Assembly: GCA_039934485.1 (NCBI GenBank)
Contig: JBDTMB010000001.1
Coordinates: 1-49,672 of the forward strand
Source of the DNA: Vicinamibacterales bacterium
Lineage (GTDB): Bacteria > Acidobacteriota > Vicinamibacteria > Vicinamibacterales > UBA2999
Direction: 5' to 3'
DNA length: 49,672 bases
Part shown: positions 44,893 through 49,672 of the stretch, in pieces
Position numbering within the stretch: position 1 is the first letter of the stretch
Layout: each line of letters starts with the position of its first letter
Made by a program: the position numbers and the translations under genes
The notes under the pieces: generated by a model
Told to the model about the DNA's origin: nothing
Seen by the model: only the letters and a program-made list of their open reading frames with translations
The model's database searches: none

Positions 44893-46184
44893 CCTCGCGC
44901 GTCCTTGCGGTTGTCGAGTTTCAGCGAGCCCTCGTGCGCCTCGGCGATCTGCCGGCAGAGCACCAGGCCGATCCCGGAACCGCCCGGCTTGGTGGTGAAG
45001 AACGGCACGAACAGGTTGCCGGTGTTCGAGATCCCCGGCCCATCGTCTTCGACGAACACTTCCAGGCCCGCCCGCGTGCGGCGCCAGCCGATGCCGACGG
45101 TGCCGCCGCCCACTTCGAGGCAGGCGTCGGCGGCGTTGCGCAACAGGTTAATCTGCAACTGCTCGAGTTGATCGGCGTCCGCCTCGATCGTCACATCCGG
45201 TCCCTGGCGGATCTGGACCGGCACCCGCGAATCGAGGCCGGTGACGCGCTGCACGAGCGGCTTCAGCACGACCGGCGCCAGCCGCGGCGCCGGCAGGCGC
45301 GCGAGCCGCGCCGACGCGCCGGTGAAGCGGCTGAGCGAGTCGGTGCGCGAGGCGATGACCTGCAGGCCCTTCTGCATGTCTTCGCGCCAATCGGCGGGGG
45401 GCGGGTCGCGTTGCAGGAGCGTCTCGAGGCTGCCGGCGATCGACTTGATCGGCGCCAGCGAATTCCCCAGCTCGTGGCCGATGACGCGGATCAGCCGCTG
45501 CCACGCCTGCCGCTCCTGCTCGCGGAGCGGACGGCTCACGTCGGAGAGCACGAGCAGGTCATGCGGCAGGCCACCGAGGCGAAAGGTCGTTCGGCGCACT
45601 TCCCAGCGTCCCGCCGCGCCGCCACCGGGCGGGGAAATGTCCACCACGCGCGGGGCCTCGCCGAACCAGTCGGCCAGCGCCAGCTCTTCGGCGGTGCGGC
45701 CGATCATCTGCTCGACGCTGCGGCCCATCAACCGCTCACCGGTCTGATTGACGATGCGCAGGTGATGCTGGGGATCGAAGGCGAAGACGGCCACGTCGAT
45801 CTGCTCCATGACGGTGCGCAGCAGCGCCGTCGCCTCGACCGCGCCGAGCCGCTGTTCATGCAGCGTCTCGGCGAGGGCGTTGATCTCCATCAGCGCCGCG
45901 CCGAGCGGGTCGTCCGGGTTTTCGGTGCGGCCGCGGATGGAGAAGTCGTCTTCACGAAGCGCCGCCAGCAGGTTGGCCAGCGTCTGCAGCGGCACCACGA
46001 CGCGCGTCCGGACGGAGGCCGCGAGGCCAAACAACGCGACCAGAATCACGACGGTGAGGGTCCATTGGACCTTCGGCGTGTAGCCCTCGGTCCAGAGGAT
46101 CCACAGCGCGGTGAAGGCGCCGGGAAGACCCGCGCCGAGGGCGAGGAGGTAAACCTGTTGATCGAGGCGAAGGCGCCGCCACAT
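44862..46184 (-). CDS. Sensor histidine kinase (NtrY-like: 2 TM, HAMP, PAS, HisKA, HATPase_c)
   Basis: H-box VIGHELGNSLAPIK, N-box LLRNAADA, G-boxes VEDDGPGI and GGSGIGLVLCRQIAEAH. Confidence 0.88.
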   Translation of the reverse strand: MWRRLRLDQQVYLLALGAGLPGAFTALWILWTEGYTPKVQWTLTVVILVALFGLAASVRTRVVVPLQTLANLLAALREDDFSIRGRTENPDDPLGAALMEINALAETLHEQRLGAVEATALLRTVMEQIDVAVFAFDPQHHLRIVNQTGERLMGRSVEQMIGRTAEELALADWFGEAPRVVDISPPGGGAAGRWEVRRTTFRLGGLPHDLLVLSDVSRPLREQERQAWQRLIRVIGHELGNSLAPIKSIAGSLETLLQRDPPPADWREDMQKGLQVIASRTDSLSRFTGASARLARLPAPRLAPVVLKPLVQRVTGLDSRVPVQIRQGPDVTIEADADQLEQLQINLLRNAADACLEVGGGTVGIGWRRTRAGLEVFVEDDGPGISNTGNLFVPFFTTKPGGSGIGLVLCRQIAEAHEGSLKLDNRKDARGCRATLTLPL

Positions 46185-46231
46185 GGGGGAATTGTACGGC
46201 GGCGACGGCTAAAGCCATCGCCCGCCAACCG

Positions 46232-47590
46232 TCACAGCTTGTAGCGCTCGAGGCGCCGGTAGAGGGCGCTGCGAGAGAGGCCGAGCGCGCGCGCGGCGTG
46301 GCTGACGTTGCCGAACCGGGCCATCGCCTTCTTGATCAGGAACGCTTCGACTTCCTCGAGGCTCATGTCCTCCAGGCGCGCCGTGGATCCACCCTCGGCG
46401 CGGACCCCGAGGTCGTGGGCCCGGACGGTCGGGCCGGCCGACATCAGCACCGCGCGCTCGATGGCGTGGTCCATCTCGCGGACATTGCCCGGCCAGCGAT
46501 GATCCATCAGCACCTGCATCGCCGCCGGATCGAAACCAGACAGCGCCTTGCGATAGCGCTGCGCGTGCTGCCGCAGGAAATGCCTGGCGAGCAGCGGAAT
46601 GTCTTCCCGCCGATCGCGCAGCGGCGGCAGGTGGATCTCGATGGTGTTGAGCCGGAAATACAGGTCCTGGCGGAAGCGCGCCGCCTCGACCTCCGCATTC
46701 AAGTCGGCGTTGGTGGCCGAGATCAACCGCACGCTGACCTTGCGGGTCTTCGACGAGCCGAGCCGCTCGAACTCGCCGGTCTCGATCACGCGCAGCAGCT
46801 TCTGCTGCTGCATCATCGGCACGTTGGCGATTTCATCGAGGAAGAGCGTGCTGCCGTCCGCCAGCTCGAAGCGGCCGACGCGATCGGCCTTGGCGTCGGT
46901 GAACGCGCCCTTGAGATGGCCGAAGAGTTCCGATTCGAAGACGCCTTCGGCCATCCCGCCGGCGTTGACGGTGACCATCGGCCGTCCGGCGCGCGGCGAC
47001 ACGTTATGCAGCGCTTGCGCAACGAGGCTCTTGCCGGTGCCGTTCTCGCCGGTGATGAGGACGTTGGCGTCCGACGGCCCGACGCGCGCGATCATCTCGA
47101 GCACCGGGCGCATCGCCGCCGACTCGGCGAGGATCGGCGAGCGGCCGTCGGCCATCAGCGCGGTGGCGGCTTCGAGCTGGCGGCCGCGCCGGATCGCCCG
47201 GCCCAACTCGGTCTGCGTGCGGACGATCGACAGCAGGCGTTCGTTCTCCCATGGCTTCTGGATGAAGTCCCGCGCGCCGCGCCGCATCGCTTCGACGGCG
47301 ACATGCACCGAGCCCCACGCCGTCATCACCACCACCGGCAGCGATTCGTCGCCGGTATGGATGCGCTGCAGCAGGTCGAGGCCTTCCTGGCCCGAGGTGG
47401 TGTCGCGGTTGTAGTTGAGGTCCATCAGGACCACGTCGTAGTCCTTCAGCTCGAGCGCGCGCAGGATTTGCTGCGGCGACGCCGCGGTGTCGATGATGAA
47501 TCCTTCGGGCTTGAGCAGGAGCCGCAGCGCTTCGATGACGTCGACCTGGTCGTCGGCGAGGAGGATCCTCGACGGCGGATCAGTTCTCAT
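46232..47590 (-). CDS. Sigma-54-dependent response regulator (NtrC family: REC + AAA+ + Fis HTH)
   Basis: REC domain (DDQVDV...DVVLMDLNY). AAA+ domain (GENGTGKSLVA, ESELFGHLKGAFTDA, FLDEI, RQDLYFRLN). C-terminal HTH (GNVSHAARALGLSRSALYRRL). Confidence 0.9.
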   Translation of the reverse strand: MRTDPPSRILLADDQVDVIEALRLLLKPEGFIIDTAASPQQILRALELKDYDVVLMDLNYNRDTTSGQEGLDLLQRIHTGDESLPVVVMTAWGSVHVAVEAMRRGARDFIQKPWENERLLSIVRTQTELGRAIRRGRQLEAATALMADGRSPILAESAAMRPVLEMIARVGPSDANVLITGENGTGKSLVAQALHNVSPRAGRPMVTVNAGGMAEGVFESELFGHLKGAFTDAKADRVGRFELADGSTLFLDEIANVPMMQQQKLLRVIETGEFERLGSSKTRKVSVRLISATNADLNAEVEAARFRQDLYFRLNTIEIHLPPLRDRREDIPLLARHFLRQHAQRYRKALSGFDPAAMQVLMDHRWPGNVREMDHAIERAVLMSAGPTVRAHDLGVRAEGGSTARLEDMSLEEVEAFLIKKAMARFGNVSHAARALGLSRSALYRRLERYKL

Positions 47591-48248
47591 CGACGATCCA
47601 GCCGTCCTTCAGGTTGATCACGCGCCGGCCGTAGGCCGCGTTGGCCTGCGAGTGCGTGACCTGGACGATGGTCGTACCGGCCTCGTTGAGCCGGCGGAAG
47701 AGCTCCATGATTTCCTTGCCCTGGTCGGTGTGCAGGTTGCCGGTGGGCTCGTCGGCGAGGATCAAGGTGGGCTTGGCCACCACCGCCCGCGCGATCGCCA
47801 CCAGCTGTTGCTGGCCGCCCGACAACTGGTTCGGGAACAGGTCCTTCTTGCCGACGATGTTGAAGCGGTCGAGGATGTCGGCCACCATGCCTTCGCGTTC
47901 CGACTTCTTGACGTCGCGATACGACAGCGGCAGGTCGATGTTCTCGTAGACGGTGAGGTTGTCGAGCAGGTGATAGCTCTGGAAGACGAAGCCGATGTGC
48001 TGCTTCTGCACCCGCATGCGGTCCTTGGCCGAGAGCTGGTGCACGGGATCCTCGAAGAGCCAGTACTCCCCGGTCCACGCGCTGTCGTGCATGCCGAGGA
48101 TGTGCAGCAGGGTGCTCTTGCCGGCGCCGGACGGCCCCATGATCGAGACGAAATCGCCTTGCTTGATCTCGGCGTTGACGCGGCGGAGGACGAAGGTTTG
48201 TGAAAGACCGTGGCGGTAGGACTTTTCGATATTCGTAAGCTTGATCAT
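47580..48248 (-). CDS. ABC transporter ATP-binding protein (MacB/LolD-type)
   Basis: GPSGAGKST Walker A, LSGGQQQ signature, LILADEPTGNL Walker B. ATG 48248. Confidence 0.9.
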   Translation of the reverse strand: MIKLTNIEKSYRHGLSQTFVLRRVNAEIKQGDFVSIMGPSGAGKSTLLHILGMHDSAWTGEYWLFEDPVHQLSAKDRMRVQKQHIGFVFQSYHLLDNLTVYENIDLPLSYRDVKKSEREGMVADILDRFNIVGKKDLFPNQLSGGQQQLVAIARAVVAKPTLILADEPTGNLHTDQGKEIMELFRRLNEAGTTIVQVTHSQANAAYGRRVINLKDGWIVDEN

Positions 48249-48259
48249 TGGGAAATAAA

Positions 48260-48280
48260 GAATAACGAATAACGAATAAC
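48260..48280. repeat. Perfect 7-bp tandem repeat (GAATAAC x3) in an A+T-rich spacer
   Basis: GAATAACGAATAACGAATAAC lies between the permease stop (48294) and the ATPase start (48248). Confidence 0.8.
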
Positions 48281-48293
48281 AAAAGGCGGGAAA

Positions 48294-49672
48294 CTACTCC
48301 GACCGTAACGCCGTCATCGGATCGACGCGCATCGCGCGCCTGGCCGGAACATAGCACGCCAGCACCGCCATCGTCAGCAACAACGCGGAGAGCGAGGCGT
48401 AGACCACCGGGTCGGTGGCGCTCGTGTTGAACAGCAGGCCGCTCATGAACCGCGTCGCGGCCGCGGCCACGGCCAGGCCGATGACGATGCCGAGGGCGGC
48501 CAGCTTGAGGCCCTGGCCGATGACCAGGCTGAAGACCTGCCACGGATTGGCGCCCAGGGCCAGGCGAACGCCGATCTCGGGGATGCGCTGGGCCACGGTG
48601 AAACTGATCAAGCCATACACGCCGACGGCGGCCAGCAGCAGCGCCAGGCCGGCGAAGCTGGCGATCAGGAACGATCGGAAACGCGGCTGGCCGGTGGAGT
48701 CGCTGATGATCTGTTCGATGGTCTTGACCTCGCCGACCGGGAGATCCCGATCGAGTTCCGCCACCGTGGCACTTGACCGCCGCCGCCGTGGCGGCCGCGC
48801 CCTGGTCGGTCTTCACCATTACGCCCATGTAGGGCAGCACGAACTGGGTGTAGGGCAGGAACACCGCCGGCTTGGGCGAGACGTCGAGCGATTGGCGTCG
48901 CGCGTTGGAAACGATGCCGACGATCGTCACCGGGTCGCCGAGGTCCACCTGTTGCCCGATCGGATCCTTGCCGCCGAACTCACGCCGCGCGGCCTCGTTG
49001 ATGATGGCCACCGCCGGCGACTTCTCGCCATCGGCGGCAGTGAAGTCGCGGCCCGCGGTGAGGCGAAGACCGGCGGTGGAGAAGTAGCCGGGTGAAACGC
49101 CGTTCAATTCGGCGACGGTTTGCTCGGCGCGCGGCTTCTTGGGCTGCCCGACCACGTTGAACTCGGCCTGGGCATTGCCGCCGCCAAACGGGAACGGGAA
49201 CACCATGGCCGACTGAGACGTGACGGGGTTGGCCTGCAGGCGTTCCAGCACGCCGGTATAGAAGCGCCGCTGGGCCGCCTCGTCGTAGCGCGCCAGCGGC
49301 AGCATCAACTCCACCGTGATCAGTTCGCTGGTCCGGAACCCGGGGTCCACCGCGCGGAGCCGCGAAAAACTCGTCAGCATCAGGCCGGCGCCAATCAGCA
49401 GCACCAAGGCCAGCGACACTTGCGCCACGACCATCGCGCTGCGCGCGCCGGTGCGCGCCGTGCCGGTTCGTCCGCCGTCCTTCAAGTCCAGGTTGAGCTC
49501 CGGCTTTGACGCCTGCATGGCGGGGGCGAGCCCGAACAGGATGCCGACGCCGAGCGTCGCGACGAAGGTGAACAGCATCACGCGCCAGTCGAGGCTCACT
49601 TCGTCGAGCCTGGGGAGGTTCTCCGGTGCCAGGCGAACCAGGACGCTGAGCATCCACGCGGCGACCAGAAGG
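48294..49672 (-). pseudogene. ADOP-family (duplicated MacB-like/FtsX) ABC permease; 5' end outside the window; apparent 1-nt frameshift near 48771-48775
   Basis: One frame (49672 down to ~48775) gives FtsX TM helices plus a MacB-like periplasmic domain, ending ...VMVKTDQGAAATAAAVK. The adjacent frame (from ~48773 to 48294) continues SATVAELDRDLPVGEVKTIEQII... and the second FtsX domain. Neither frame alone is complete. Confidence 0.6.

Noticed and set aside
47587-49653. 688-aa ORF read as one protein
   Set aside because: Downstream of ~48775 this frame is nonsense (Arg/Pro/Gly-rich) and then runs out of frame through the ABC ATPase gene. Only the 49653 to ~48775 portion is genuine permease sequence, and the protein also continues upstream of the window.

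Overview
This is a high-G+C bacterial chromosomal segment. Gene content (an ADOP-type duplicated FtsX permease, many GT4 glycosyltransferases) suggests an Acidobacteriota-like host, but that is inference only. ORF-track starts include GTG/TTG and are often N-terminally over-extended, so I re-set starts where gene overlaps or RBSs supported it.

Layout:
- 0.2-14 kb: a DEAD-box helicase, then a polysaccharide cluster. It holds a UXS-type UDP-glucuronate decarboxylase, a priming polyprenyl-phosphate sugar transferase, five GT4 and one GT2 genes, an inserted cupin, divergent ugd-galE, and an MsbA-like ABC exporter.
- 14-23.5 kb: housekeeping genes (yicC-like, gmk, coaBC, family-4 UDG, priA, M50 protease, HU/IHF, der, MerR-like).
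- 23.55-36.17 kb: tRNA-Pro(GGG) at 23551-23627 is the insertion site of a ~12.5-kb element with visibly lower G+C, bounded by a 46-bp direct repeat of the tRNA 3' half. It carries a clear PvuII-like M / C / R restriction-modification system whose operon is extended by three unknown genes (KTSC protein, single-TM protein, small acidic protein). It also carries other unknown cargo, TerS/TerL, an iteron cluster, a Toprim/P-loop primase-helicase, XRE and excisionase-type HTH genes, a small unannotated zinc-ribbon ORF and a tyrosine integrase. No capsid, portal, tail or lysis genes are recognisable, so it looks like a satellite or a remnant.
- 36.2-49.7 kb: DUF3810-like zincin, Sua5/TsaC, a Tat-exported molybdenum hydroxylase (FeS, Moco, FAD subunits) plus a cytochrome b, a GT2, an NtrY/NtrC-like two-component pair, an ABC ATPase and a frameshifted ADOP permease.

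Also notable are three families of intergenic hairpin repeats. One is a palindromic element that sits in-frame inside three genes and supplies the stop codon of galE.
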